This document shows positions 32,112 through 41,491 of a stretch of DNA of 64,000 nucleotides, piece after piece. Where the stretch lies: positions 672,001-736,000 of the forward strand of contig CAWHAE010000016.1 of the NCBI GenBank assembly GCA_963827235.1, written 5' to 3'. The notes beneath the pieces are model-generated. The model saw nothing but the letters and a program-made list of their open reading frames with translations, made no database searches and was not told where the DNA came from. The first letter of the stretch is position 1. Every line of letters starts with the position of its first letter. Made by a program: the position numbers and the translations under genes. The stretch comes from an uncultured bacterium (GTDB lineage Bacteria > Chloroflexota > UBA5177 > JANWHV01).

Positions 32112-34541
32112 TCAGGTCCACGTCCAGTTGCTGATCTCCGGCATATCCTCGAGATGCTCGCGCGAGTAGGCGACTGACTTGCTGATCAGGGACTGCAGCT
32201 CGGTGAGCAGTCCCGAAGCCTGGGGCCGTATGCGGCTCGCACGCTTGAGCGCTTCAGTTGCCAGGTGATAGCGGCTCATGTGGTTGAGAATTACCATGTC
32301 GAACGGCGTGGTCGTGGTGCCCTGTTCGTTGAATCCGCGCACGTGGAATCGCTCGGCATTCACGCGTCCATGGATGATCTCGTGCACCGCCCGCTGATAG
32401 CCGTGGAACGCGAAGATCACGGGTTTATCGGCCGTGAACAGATCCACGAATGCCGTCTCGGTCATGCCGTGCGGATGATCGTTTTGCGGGAACAGGCACA
32501 TCAGGTCGACCACATTTACCACGCGGACCTTGAGCTCAGGAATGTGCTGGCGCAGCCAATGGGCTGCTGCCAGCGTTTCCTGCGTGGGGATGTCGCCGGC
32601 GGACGCCAGCACGACGTCCGGCTCCACGTCCCGGTCGTTGCTCGCCCAATGCCATATGGAGGCGCCTCGCCTGCAGTGGTCTATCGCATCCTCCATGCTC
32701 AGATATTGGAGCTGGGGCTGTTTGTCGATCACGATCAGGTTGACGTAGTTGCGGCTTCGCAGGCAGTGGTCGGCCACCGAGAGCAAGCAGTTCGCGTCGG
32801 GCGGCAGGTAGATCCGGGTCACCGTGCCCTTCTTGGACAGCATGACGTCGATCAGTCCGGGTCCCTGATGGCTGAACCCGTTGTGGTCGTTACGCCAGCA
32901 CGTCGACGTGAGCAGCGTGTTGAGCGAAGCAATGGGCTCGCGCCAGGGAAGGTCCAGCGCCTCCTGAAGCCACTTGGAATGCTGCACGAGCATGGACGCG
33001 GACACCATGGCGAACGACTCGTAGGTTGCGAAGAGACCGTGCCGGCCGGTAAGCGTGTAGCCCTCGAGCCAGCCTTCGCAATTATGCTCGCTCAACACCT
33101 CCATCACCCGCCCCGCGGGCGAGACATGGTCGTCGATCGAGATGGTGGGACCGACGAAGCACCGATTCTCCACCTCGAACACGTTGCCGAGGCGGTTCGA
33201 ATTCGCCTCGTCAGGGCAGAACAGCCTGAAATTGGCCTGAGTCTTGTTCCGCACATAGATATCGCGTAGCATCTGGCCCAGCTGCCTGGGTGACTCGTGG
33301 AACGTCTGGGCGGGGTGCGGCAGCTTCAGCGCATACTCTCGAAAATCGGGCAGGTCCAGGTTGACCAGGAGCTTGCCGCCGTTGGCGTGTGGATTGGCGC
33401 CCATTCGCCTGTCGCCGGCGGGTGAGAGCTCGGCCAGCTCAGGGGCCAGCCGCCCATTCCGATCGAACTGTTCCTCAGGCTTGTAGGAAAGCAGCCACTC
33501 CTCCAGAAGCCGGAGATGATCGGGATTCTTCCGCACCTCGCTCAGCGGCACCTGATGTGAGCGGAACGTGCCCTCGGTCGGCAGCCCGTCGACCTCTTTC
33601 GGTCCTGTCCAACCCTTGGGCGTGCGAAGCACGATTGCCGGCCATCGGGGTCGGGACGTGAATCCGTTCAGGCGGGCCGCCTCCTGAATGGCGCGGATCT
33701 TGGCATAGCATGTGTCCAGTGTGGCCGCGAACAGCTGGTGGGCCTCCTGCGGATCTCCGCTTTCCACAAAGTGCACGTCGTAGCCGTGGCCGCCGATCAC
33801 GGAACGTATGTCTTCATCGCTCGAACGAGCGAGAACGGTGGGATTGCCGATCTTGTAGCCGTTGAGGTGCAAGATCGGCAGTACCGCGCCATCGCGCACC
33901 GGATTGATGAAGCTCGGCCCTTTCCAGCCACCTGCCAAGGGAGCGGTCTCCGCCTCGCCGTCACCGACCACCGCGATAGCGATCAGGTCGGGATTGTCGA
34001 ACACGGCGCCGAACGCGTGCACGAGGACGTATCCGAGCTCTCCGCCCTCGTGAATCGAGCCAGGAGTAGTCACGCTGACGTGACTCGGGATGCCGCCCGG
34101 AGTAGAAAACTGCCGGAAGAGACGACGGATGCCCTCGACGTCCTGGGACACCTGCGGATAGATCTCCGAGTACGTTCCCTCCAGGTAGACGGCTGCGACC
34201 AGCGCCGGGCCGCCGTGACCGGGTCCTGCGAGATAGACGCAGTTGGCCTGCTGTTCCTTGATCAGCCTGTTGACGTGCACGTAGATGAACGATAGACCCG
34301 GCGAGGTACCCCAGTGGCCAAGCAGCCGGGGCTTGATGTGATCCGGTCGCAAGGGATAGCGAAGCAGCGGATTGTCCTGAAGGTAAATCTGGCCAATGGT
34401 CAGGTAGTTCATCGCCTGCCAGTAGCGATGCATCCGCTGCAACATCTCTTCGGACAGCGGCCCAGCGACGGGTTCGTGGGGTGCAGGTGTGGCTGTCTCG
34501 CTCGCAACTGCGCTGGATAGGGTGACGTCGAACTGGTACAC
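32112..34541 (-). CDS. xfp: Phosphoketolase
   Basis: LLGHWGT, PGGIPSH, HEGGELGY, GDGEAET, DHNGFSHQ. Confidence 0.96.
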   Translation of the reverse strand: MYQFDVTLSSAVASETATPAPHEPVAGPLSEEMLQRMHRYWQAMNYLTIGQIYLQDNPLLRYPLRPDHIKPRLLGHWGTSPGLSFIYVHVNRLIKEQQANCVYLAGPGHGGPALVAAVYLEGTYSEIYPQVSQDVEGIRRLFRQFSTPGGIPSHVSVTTPGSIHEGGELGYVLVHAFGAVFDNPDLIAIAVVGDGEAETAPLAGGWKGPSFINPVRDGAVLPILHLNGYKIGNPTVLARSSDEDIRSVIGGHGYDVHFVESGDPQEAHQLFAATLDTCYAKIRAIQEAARLNGFTSRPRWPAIVLRTPKGWTGPKEVDGLPTEGTFRSHQVPLSEVRKNPDHLRLLEEWLLSYKPEEQFDRNGRLAPELAELSPAGDRRMGANPHANGGKLLVNLDLPDFREYALKLPHPAQTFHESPRQLGQMLRDIYVRNKTQANFRLFCPDEANSNRLGNVFEVENRCFVGPTISIDDHVSPAGRVMEVLSEHNCEGWLEGYTLTGRHGLFATYESFAMVSASMLVQHSKWLQEALDLPWREPIASLNTLLTSTCWRNDHNGFSHQGPGLIDVMLSKKGTVTRIYLPPDANCLLSVADHCLRSRNYVNLIVIDKQPQLQYLSMEDAIDHCRRGASIWHWASNDRDVEPDVVLASAGDIPTQETLAAAHWLRQHIPELKVRVVNVVDLMCLFPQNDHPHGMTETAFVDLFTADKPVIFAFHGYQRAVHEIIHGRVNAERFHVRGFNEQGTTTTPFDMVILNHMSRYHLATEALKRASRIRPQASGLLTELQSLISKSVAYSREHLEDMPEISNWTWT

Positions 34542-34993
34542 GGCCTTCTCCTGTCTACGCGGCAGTCTCCGACTGGTTTCAGTAGCGATGCGCTCCGACG
34601 GCGCCAGGCGCGAGCAGGACGAGCTCTACAGAGCGCGAGCCCGCCGCGCGATCTGCATCAACGCCCGCGCAGCGTATCTCTCGCTGTCATGGGCACAAGT
34701 CGTATGGTATCAGCCGGCATGCGCCGGTGATCCGGTTCCGCGCTGATCGGAGCGGCTAGCTCCGGTCGACGGCCTCGCCTTGGCGAGCCCCGTCGCTCGA
34801 CCCCGCTGCCTCCCCACGCAGGCGAATTGCTTACCGTGGAGGCCGCGGCACCACGTCCCGATAGCATGACACGATCAGCATGGCGTCGCGGCAGATGGGC
34901 AGGCGCCATATGCCGTCCCGGGTCAGCGCTTCAGCGCCCTGCTTCCGGACGGCGGAACGGCCCGCCAAGGCATGGCGCGCCGTGCGGCCTATC

Positions 34994-37306
34994 CTATGCT
35001 TTGCGCCCGCCGGAGTCCCGTGCAGCTTGGGCGGGACCCCTGGCTGCCTGTGTCCGCGTGGGCACGCGCCGCTCGCCGTGCTCACCCGGTAACTGGTTGC
35101 AGAGCAGTACTACCACGCTGTGCGAGCGGACCAGGTATGTCTGCGCGGCGACGGGCTCTTCGTGGCCCTCCTCGAGAATGTCTCGCGGTGACGGCTCATA
35201 CGTGTCCAGCACGCGGTACCAACGCGGCGCCCCGTCGAGCGGAGGCGGCAGCTCGAAGTTGGCGTCCGTCAGCGCCATGTTGAGCATCACGTGCAGAGCC
35301 GGATCGCTGAGCGACTCGGTCAGAGTAAAGGCCAGGTATCGGCTCTCGGTATCGCTCCAGGCCGGATCGTGCAGAAACCGCCCATGCCAGGAAATGTCTC
35401 TCAGGCCATGCCGGCCGATCTCGCCGGTAAAGAAGCGGCCTCGCAACAGGCTGGGATTTCGCTTGCGGAAGGCAATCGCGAGCTTGACGAAACGATACAT
35501 GTCGCGGTTCTTGTCCAGCAGCCCCCAGTCGAACCAGCTCGTCTCGTTGTCCTGGCAGTAGGCGTTGTTGTTCCCGCCTTGAGTCCGCCGCGCCTCGTCA
35601 CCGGCCAGCAGCATGGGAACGCCCTGCGACAGAAGCAGTATGGCGATGAAGTTCCTCATCTGCCTCTCTCTCAGGGCCGCGATAGCAGCGTCCGTGGTGG
35701 CGCCCTCGACCCCGCAGTTCCAGCTCATGTTGTCGGTCGTGCCATCACGACTATCTTCACCGTTCGCGCTATTGTGCTTCTCGTTGTACGACACCAGGTC
35801 GTTCAGAGTGAAGCCGTCATGGCACGTGATAAAGTTCACGCTGTTGATGGGCAGAGATCCTGCCCGGCTGAAGACATCGGCGCTGCCGCACAGTCGTGAT
35901 GCGAGCAGCCCGATCAACCCAGGGTCACCTCTGACGTATCGGCGCACATCGTCGCGGAAGTGCCCATTCCACACGGCCCAGCGATGACCCGGGAACCGCC
36001 CCACTTCGTAAAGACCGGCAGCGTCCCATGCCTCAGCAATCACCTTGGTATTGGCTAGCTGCTCGGAGAGCTCGATAGCCCAGATCACCGGCGGGTGGAT
36101 CAGGGGGACGCCGTCTTCGCCACGGGACATGATGGACGCTTCGTCGAAGCGGAAGCCGTCCACGTGCATTTCCCGCACCCAGTACTCGAGGGAGTCGAGA
36201 ATGAGTTTCATGACGATAGGGTGGTTGCAGTTGACCGTGTTGCCGCATCCCGAGAAGTCGAGATAGAGCTCCTTGTCCTCCGACCGAAGCATGTAGTAGG
36301 ATGCGTTGTCCAGTCCCCGATAGCTGATCACGGGGCCTTTCTCGCTTCCTTCACCTGTATGGTTGAACACGACGTCCAGGATCACCTCGAGCCCTGCCCT
36401 GTGCAGCGCTTTGACCATCTCCTTGAACTCGAGCAGGTGATCGGCGTAGTCGGCGGAGACGCAGTAGCCGGGGTGAGGGCAGAAGAAGCCAATCGTGCTG
36501 TACCCCCAGAAGTTGGTCAGTCGCCGATGCGTAACGGGATTGAAGTGCGCATCCTCATTGGGATCGAACTGGAAGGTTGGCAGCAGCTCCACCGCCGTGA
36601 CGCCAAGGTCTTGCAGGTAGGGAATCTTCTCGATCACGCCCAGGAAGGTGCCGGGCCGTTCCGCGCCGGCAGAGGGGGACTTGGTGAATCCTCCGACATG
36701 CATCTCGTAGATGATGCTCTTGTTCATCGGATGGTTGAGCGGCGCGTCACCCTCCCAGTCGAAGCCGCGCGTGTCCACCACGACGCTTCTCATGGACCGC
36801 GCCACGTTGTAGGCAGGTAGGGTCGCGGCGTCGCGGTTCCAGCGGCTCATGTCATTGGCCCTGGCGTACGGGTCAATCAGCACTTTGTTCCAGTCGTATC
36901 GATGTCCTTGGCCGTGCAGGTCCCTCGGGCCGTGGACTCTGAACGCGTATCGCGCGCCGGGGTGCAACCCTTTGACGTAGATATGCCAGAATAAAAACGT
37001 GCGGTTCTCGGAGGGATCCAGGAGAACCTGGCGGACGGTCTCTGCTTTGCCACGGCCCTCGAACAGGAGCAGGGCCACGGCCGTTGCCGATCCGCAGTAG
37101 AGGCAGAAGTTCACACCTTGCCCATCATACACGGCACCGAGCGGGTAGGGCGATCCTGGAGCCAGAGCAAAGGCGGGCCCCAGAGATTCCGTAACGGCCA
37201 CGCCATCGGCCACGCCGCCCTCCCGCTTGCTTTCACGTATTCGATCTTTCACCTGGCCTCGCCCGTCTGCGCCATCCCTGGGAGCGCTGGTACTCAAAGC
37301 GTGCAC
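34994..37306 (-). CDS. glgX: Glycogen debranching enzyme (GH13); true start possibly GTG 37213
   Basis: YPLGA, IYEMHV, NFWGY, DVVFNH, DGFRFD, AEAWD, TCHDGFTL, NNAYCQDN. Confidence 0.95.
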   Translation of the reverse strand: MHALSTSAPRDGADGRGQVKDRIRESKREGGVADGVAVTESLGPAFALAPGSPYPLGAVYDGQGVNFCLYCGSATAVALLLFEGRGKAETVRQVLLDPSENRTFLFWHIYVKGLHPGARYAFRVHGPRDLHGQGHRYDWNKVLIDPYARANDMSRWNRDAATLPAYNVARSMRSVVVDTRGFDWEGDAPLNHPMNKSIIYEMHVGGFTKSPSAGAERPGTFLGVIEKIPYLQDLGVTAVELLPTFQFDPNEDAHFNPVTHRRLTNFWGYSTIGFFCPHPGYCVSADYADHLLEFKEMVKALHRAGLEVILDVVFNHTGEGSEKGPVISYRGLDNASYYMLRSEDKELYLDFSGCGNTVNCNHPIVMKLILDSLEYWVREMHVDGFRFDEASIMSRGEDGVPLIHPPVIWAIELSEQLANTKVIAEAWDAAGLYEVGRFPGHRWAVWNGHFRDDVRRYVRGDPGLIGLLASRLCGSADVFSRAGSLPINSVNFITCHDGFTLNDLVSYNEKHNSANGEDSRDGTTDNMSWNCGVEGATTDAAIAALRERQMRNFIAILLLSQGVPMLLAGDEARRTQGGNNNAYCQDNETSWFDWGLLDKNRDMYRFVKLAIAFRKRNPSLLRGRFFTGEIGRHGLRDISWHGRFLHDPAWSDTESRYLAFTLTESLSDPALHVMLNMALTDANFELPPPLDGAPRWYRVLDTYEPSPRDILEEGHEEPVAAQTYLVRSHSVVVLLCNQLPGEHGERRVPTRTQAARGPAQAARDSGGRKA

Positions 37307-37462
37307 CGCGTTCCACCTCGCTCCCGGGGTTCGGTGCCTACATCCAGGTTAGCTGCGAAGTGGCAACGAGCCGAAGGCATCCGTGGACACAGCCGGGCTA
37401 TTGTCGCCCCGCCGCGCGGAACGCGTGGCGTCCCCCGTCTCGCTTCTGAACGCGATTGGCGG

Positions 37463-37476
37463 GGGACGTTGGTCCG
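37463..37476. promoter_or_regulatory. DosR/NarL-like box upstream of glgX
   Basis: GGGACGTTGGTCCG, 9 of 10 matches to GGGAC-N4-GTCCC. Confidence 0.4.
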
Positions 37477-37558
37477 TGGTGCTGGATTGGCTGCCGGCCT
37501 GGAGCAGAGCGCTCGCGGCACGGCGAGCATGGCACGCGTTGGGAGGGCGTTTAGCCGG

Positions 37559-38191
37559 TCAGCTGATCGTCAGCGTGAGACTGTTGCTCCAGGTATTGGT
37601 CGCGGTGTCAACTGCCATCACCGTCACCTGCGCCGGATAGTCGCTGAGCGCCACGCTTGTGACGAGTGAAACGGTCCCACCGCCGGTGTAGAAGACCTGG
37701 GGCTCGGTAAGTGTCTGATAACGGCAGACCTGGGTAGTCTGGGCAACCGTGCGTACCGGTGCCTGCTGAGCGTTGACCGGTGCGGCGCCGGTGGAAGCTC
37801 CTCCCGGGGCCTGTTGTCCGCTACCCGGGGCGGTGCCGCCGAGCGGCTGCGTCCCGGACGCCGGTACCATGGTCGTCACAGCCGTGCAGACTGGAACGGC
37901 ACTTGTCACGTAGCTCACCTGGGCAGTCGTCGAGCTAGCCTGTACCGGGACCGTCGCGAGCACCGTCCCGGTGCTCGCATTGAATATTGCGACCTTTACG
38001 GTGCTGCCGGCCGTGAAGCCGGAGCCACTGAGCGTCAGCTGATAGGTTCCACTGTTGCCGGTAAGCGCTGCGAAAATCACCGGTGCTGAGCCGGCCGCTT
38101 TTGCCGAGGGCACGACCGTCGCTCCAACTGCGCCCGCGGCGCCCAGCAGAGCTATGACCACCATGAACCGCCGGGGTATTCGCGTGAACAT
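37559..38191 (-). CDS. Secreted hypothetical protein, beta-rich
   Basis: Signal peptide ending AKA, LSGSGFTAGSTVKV beta-sandwich-like stretch, purine-rich RBS region. Confidence 0.75.
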   Translation of the reverse strand: MFTRIPRRFMVVIALLGAAGAVGATVVPSAKAAGSAPVIFAALTGNSGTYQLTLSGSGFTAGSTVKVAIFNASTGTVLATVPVQASSTTAQVSYVTSAVPVCTAVTTMVPASGTQPLGGTAPGSGQQAPGGASTGAAPVNAQQAPVRTVAQTTQVCRYQTLTEPQVFYTGGGTVSLVTSVALSDYPAQVTVMAVDTATNTWSNSLTLTIS

Positions 38192-38342
38192 TGTCTCTCT
38201 CCATTCTTCCCTTTGTGTTTCTCATCTACCTTCTATTCATCGTTATCGTTCGCCCGACGTACCACACCGAGCCTTCTCTGTCCACGACTCCTCGATATGT
38301 CCTTCCTTTCTCTGTCTTACACCCGTATCCTATAATCCGCAT

Positions 38343-38380
38343 CTAAGAACAGCCTAAGCAGACTGTTAAGAGAACCTAAA
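38343..38380. promoter_or_regulatory. Phased direct repeats, OmpR-family-like binding site
   Basis: CTAAG 38343, CTAAG 38354, TTAAG 38366, CTAAA 38376 (10-12 bp period). Confidence 0.4.
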
Positions 38381-38915
38381 CATTTGCCCAGAAGCGTTCT
38401 TGGGTTGGTGCTTCGGAGGATTCACTATTCCTCCGTATGCGCACACGCAGGTAGCGCGAGTGTTGCCGATCCCGGGGTCAGCCGCAGTAAGGGAACGTCG
38501 CCGCCCACGCCGCGCAGCAGCTACACCCCCACGCCATGGGCTGTCTGCCCCCAAAAGGGCAGGCGTGATCGGCGCACCGGTGCCCGGTCAGCCGCAGTGG
38601 TGAATCACTTGCCTCGCGTGCGCCGCAGACACGTTGCCTGGGGCAGTAGCCCAGCCCAGACCCGCCAGCTGGCCGGGCGACCATGCGCCCATCGGGAAAC
38701 CGTGAAATTATTGGTGCACGCAAGGCGATGCGTATCGTATCGGCGCGAACACGAGCATGTCGATTCGTGGACTGCTAGGGGACTATTTGTACAGTGAATC
38801 GACGTAATCGTGCAGTAGGCTCGCGATGCGCACCGTATTGGCCATTGAGAAGTCCGACCTGTGCAGTATCATCGTGGCACGGGCCACAGTCATTACCGCG
38901 AATGACAGGGTGTCT

Positions 38916-39750
38916 ATGGACCGGTCGTTGCTCACCACCGTTCACGTCGCGCGCCAGCTAGGTCTATCGAAGCGCACCGTCCTCAACGCCGTGGCCGCCG
39001 GCTAGCTGCAGGCAGTCTACCGCATGCCCGGCGGCGCTTGCCGTTTCATCAAGAGGGACGTGGAGCGCTACGCACAGTGGCGCGTGGCCAAGCACCAGAT
39101 GGAACAACAGGCGCGCACGAACGACGAAGACTCCTTCCCGCGGCTGGATGGAAGCGTCGACCGGGTGCGCTGGGAGATAGAGCCCTGGTACGAGAGGCCC
39201 GGTCGTGTCGGCGGGATCATTCTCTTCTCGGAGGCGATCACTGGTCGCAAGCAGATCGAGGACAAGCTCCGGCGCAGTGAGGAGCGCTACCGGCGGATCG
39301 TGCAGACGGCGCAGGAAGGCGTCTGGGAGGTCGACGGCGACAAGTGAAGGACGCCGGCGTGACACCCAGTCCTAACGTCACTGCGGACGCTACCCTGGCG
39401 GAGCAAGTGTTGACCAACCTGCTGGACAACGCCGCCAAGTACTCCTGGAGGACAGCCGGATCGATCTGTCCTGGTCGGAGGAGTGCAGTAAGGCGGTGGT
39501 GCGCGTGCGCGACCACGGCCCCGGCATCCCCGCGCAGGGACAGCACATACTGTTCTCGCGATTTGGCCGCGTGCCCGGAAGCCGCTTGCGTACCGGCCAC
39601 GTGGGCACCGGACTCGGTCTACTTCTCGGACGCGCCTATTCCGAAACCATGGGCGGGTCGCTCGATCTGGAGTCGGCCGGCGAGCGAGGCAGCACGTTCA
39701 GGTTGCGCTTACGCGTGTGCCTGCCTGAGCCGCCGTCGCATGTCGCATGA
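38916..39750 (+). pseudogene. Decayed HTH-PAS-histidine kinase gene
   Basis: Excisionase-like HTH (LLTTVHVARQLGLSKRTV) with TAG at 39003, PAS/PAC remnant (LDGSVDRVRWEIEPW, SEERYRRIV), HATPase N-box (QVLTNLLDNAAKYS) and G-boxes (DHGPGI, GTGLGL) in different frames; no H-box seen. Confidence 0.85.
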
Positions 39751-39780
39751 TCGGGCGACGACGCCGCGAACCCCTCCTTG

Positions 39781-41178
39781 TTACACCTCTTTGAGCGCGC
39801 CGATAATCTTCAGGATCGACGCGCGCGCATCGCCGAACAGCATCATGGTCTTCGGATTGTAGAACAGCGGGTTGTCGATACCGGCGAAGCCCGGATTCAT
39901 GCTGCGCTTCAGAATGATGATCGATCGCGCGTGGTCGACGTTCAGGATAGGCATGCCGTAGATCTCGCATGTCGGATCGTTTCGGGCCGCGGGGTTGGTG
40001 ACGTCGTTTGCGCCCACCACGAGCGCGACGTCCGCGTGCTCAAACTCGCCGTTGATGGCATCCATCTCGTAGAGCTGCGAGTATGGCACGTTTGCTTCCG
40101 CCAGTAGCACGTTCATGTGTCCCGGCATACGGCCCGCGACGGGGTGGATGGCGAACTTCACGGTCACGCCGCGCTGCTCGAGCATCGTCGCCATCTCGCG
40201 CACCTCCTGCTGGGCTCTCGCCACGGCAAGGCCATATCCGGGCACCACGATGACCAGGTGAGCGTAGGCGAGGGACGCCGCGAGATCCTCAGCCGAGATA
40301 CTCTTGACCACCTTCGCCTGGCCCGCGGCAGCGCCGGTCCCGGCGCCGACGGCGAGCGTGCCGAAAGCGCCGAACAGAACGTTGAACAGCGAGCGGTTCA
40401 TGGCCGTGCACATGAGTATGGTCAGAATCGTGCCTGAGGCGCCGACGAGGGTGCCGCCGACGATGAGGGCCGGGATGTCTCTGTCGAACCCGGTCGCCGC
40501 CGCCGCGATACCGGTGAACGAGTTGAGCAGCGAGATGACCACGGGCATGTCACCGCCGCCGATCGGAATGACCATCAGCACGCCTACGACCAGCGCTCCC
40601 ACGGCTACGAAGGCCAAGAGCGGGCCGAGCGCATGATGGAATATGAAGAAGAGGGAAGCCGCGACGAGCACTGCCAGCAGCGCCAGATTGACGTAGTTCT
40701 GCCCTTTGAACGTGATCGGCCGGCTGCCCATGATCTCCTGGAGCTTGGCGAAGGCAATCAGGCTTCCAGTGAAGCTGATCGAGCCGATGATCACGCTGAC
40801 AGCCGCCCACGACGTTGCACCTGTATTCGTCAGCGTGCCGCTGGTGGGCAGGTGAGGAACCAACGCGCCGCCGGCGACAAGCGCCGCCGCGCCCGCCCCC
40901 ATGCCGTTGAACAGAGCAACCATCTGCGGCATCGCGGTCATGCGCACAAGGCGGCCGCCAGCCGTGCCGATCGCCGTGCCTACCACCATGGCCGCTATGA
41001 CCAGAGGCACGTTGTTGGCATGCTCGTTGATCAGCATGGTTGCGATGGCGATCAGCATGCCGATCGCGGCCGCGGCGTTGCCCGACCGTGCCGTCACGGG
41101 CGAGCGCAAGCGCATGATGCCGAAGATGAAGAAGACCGAGGTAATCAGGTACGCGATTTGCGTCTGCTGATCACTCAT
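39781..41178 (-). CDS. pntB: NAD(P) transhydrogenase beta subunit
   Basis: MPQMVALFNG, IGGGDMPVVIS, PGYGLAVA, HPVAGRMPGHMNV, GANDVTNP. Confidence 0.96.
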   Translation of the reverse strand: MSDQQTQIAYLITSVFFIFGIMRLRSPVTARSGNAAAAIGMLIAIATMLINEHANNVPLVIAAMVVGTAIGTAGGRLVRMTAMPQMVALFNGMGAGAAALVAGGALVPHLPTSGTLTNTGATSWAAVSVIIGSISFTGSLIAFAKLQEIMGSRPITFKGQNYVNLALLAVLVAASLFFIFHHALGPLLAFVAVGALVVGVLMVIPIGGGDMPVVISLLNSFTGIAAAATGFDRDIPALIVGGTLVGASGTILTILMCTAMNRSLFNVLFGAFGTLAVGAGTGAAAGQAKVVKSISAEDLAASLAYAHLVIVVPGYGLAVARAQQEVREMATMLEQRGVTVKFAIHPVAGRMPGHMNVLLAEANVPYSQLYEMDAINGEFEHADVALVVGANDVTNPAARNDPTCEIYGMPILNVDHARSIIILKRSMNPGFAGIDNPLFYNPKTMMLFGDARASILKIIGALKEV

Positions 41179-41491
41179 TGGCGGCAGCCTTCTTTGACTC
41201 CTGCTTCCGGCTCGCGGATCCTCGGAACATCTCAAGGATGCGGTCCGTCACCACGAAGCCGCCCACAACGTTGATCGATCCCAGTGCCACCGCGGCCGTG
41301 CCGATCGTCACGCTGATCCAGCCATGCGCGGTGGTAGCAATGTCGATACCGCCGATCAGGATGATGCCGTGAATGGCATTGGTGCCCGACATCAGCGGCG
41401 TGTGTAGAATAGACGGTACTTTCGATATCAGAACGAACCCGATGAAGGCAGCCAATACGAAGATGTAGGCATCGAAAACAAGACTAGACAT
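41171..41491 (-). CDS. pntAB: NAD(P) transhydrogenase alpha-2 (membrane) subunit
   Basis: LHTPLMSGTNAI, INVVGGFVVTDR. Confidence 0.93.
   Translation of the reverse strand: MSSLVFDAYIFVLAAFIGFVLISKVPSILHTPLMSGTNAIHGIILIGGIDIATTAHGWISVTIGTAAVALGSINVVGGFVVTDRILEMFRGSASRKQESKKAAANE

Noticed and set aside
38916-39080. Excisionase as sign of a prophage or integrative element
   Set aside because: No integrase, att repeats or phage genes; the HTH runs into a sensor-kinase remnant
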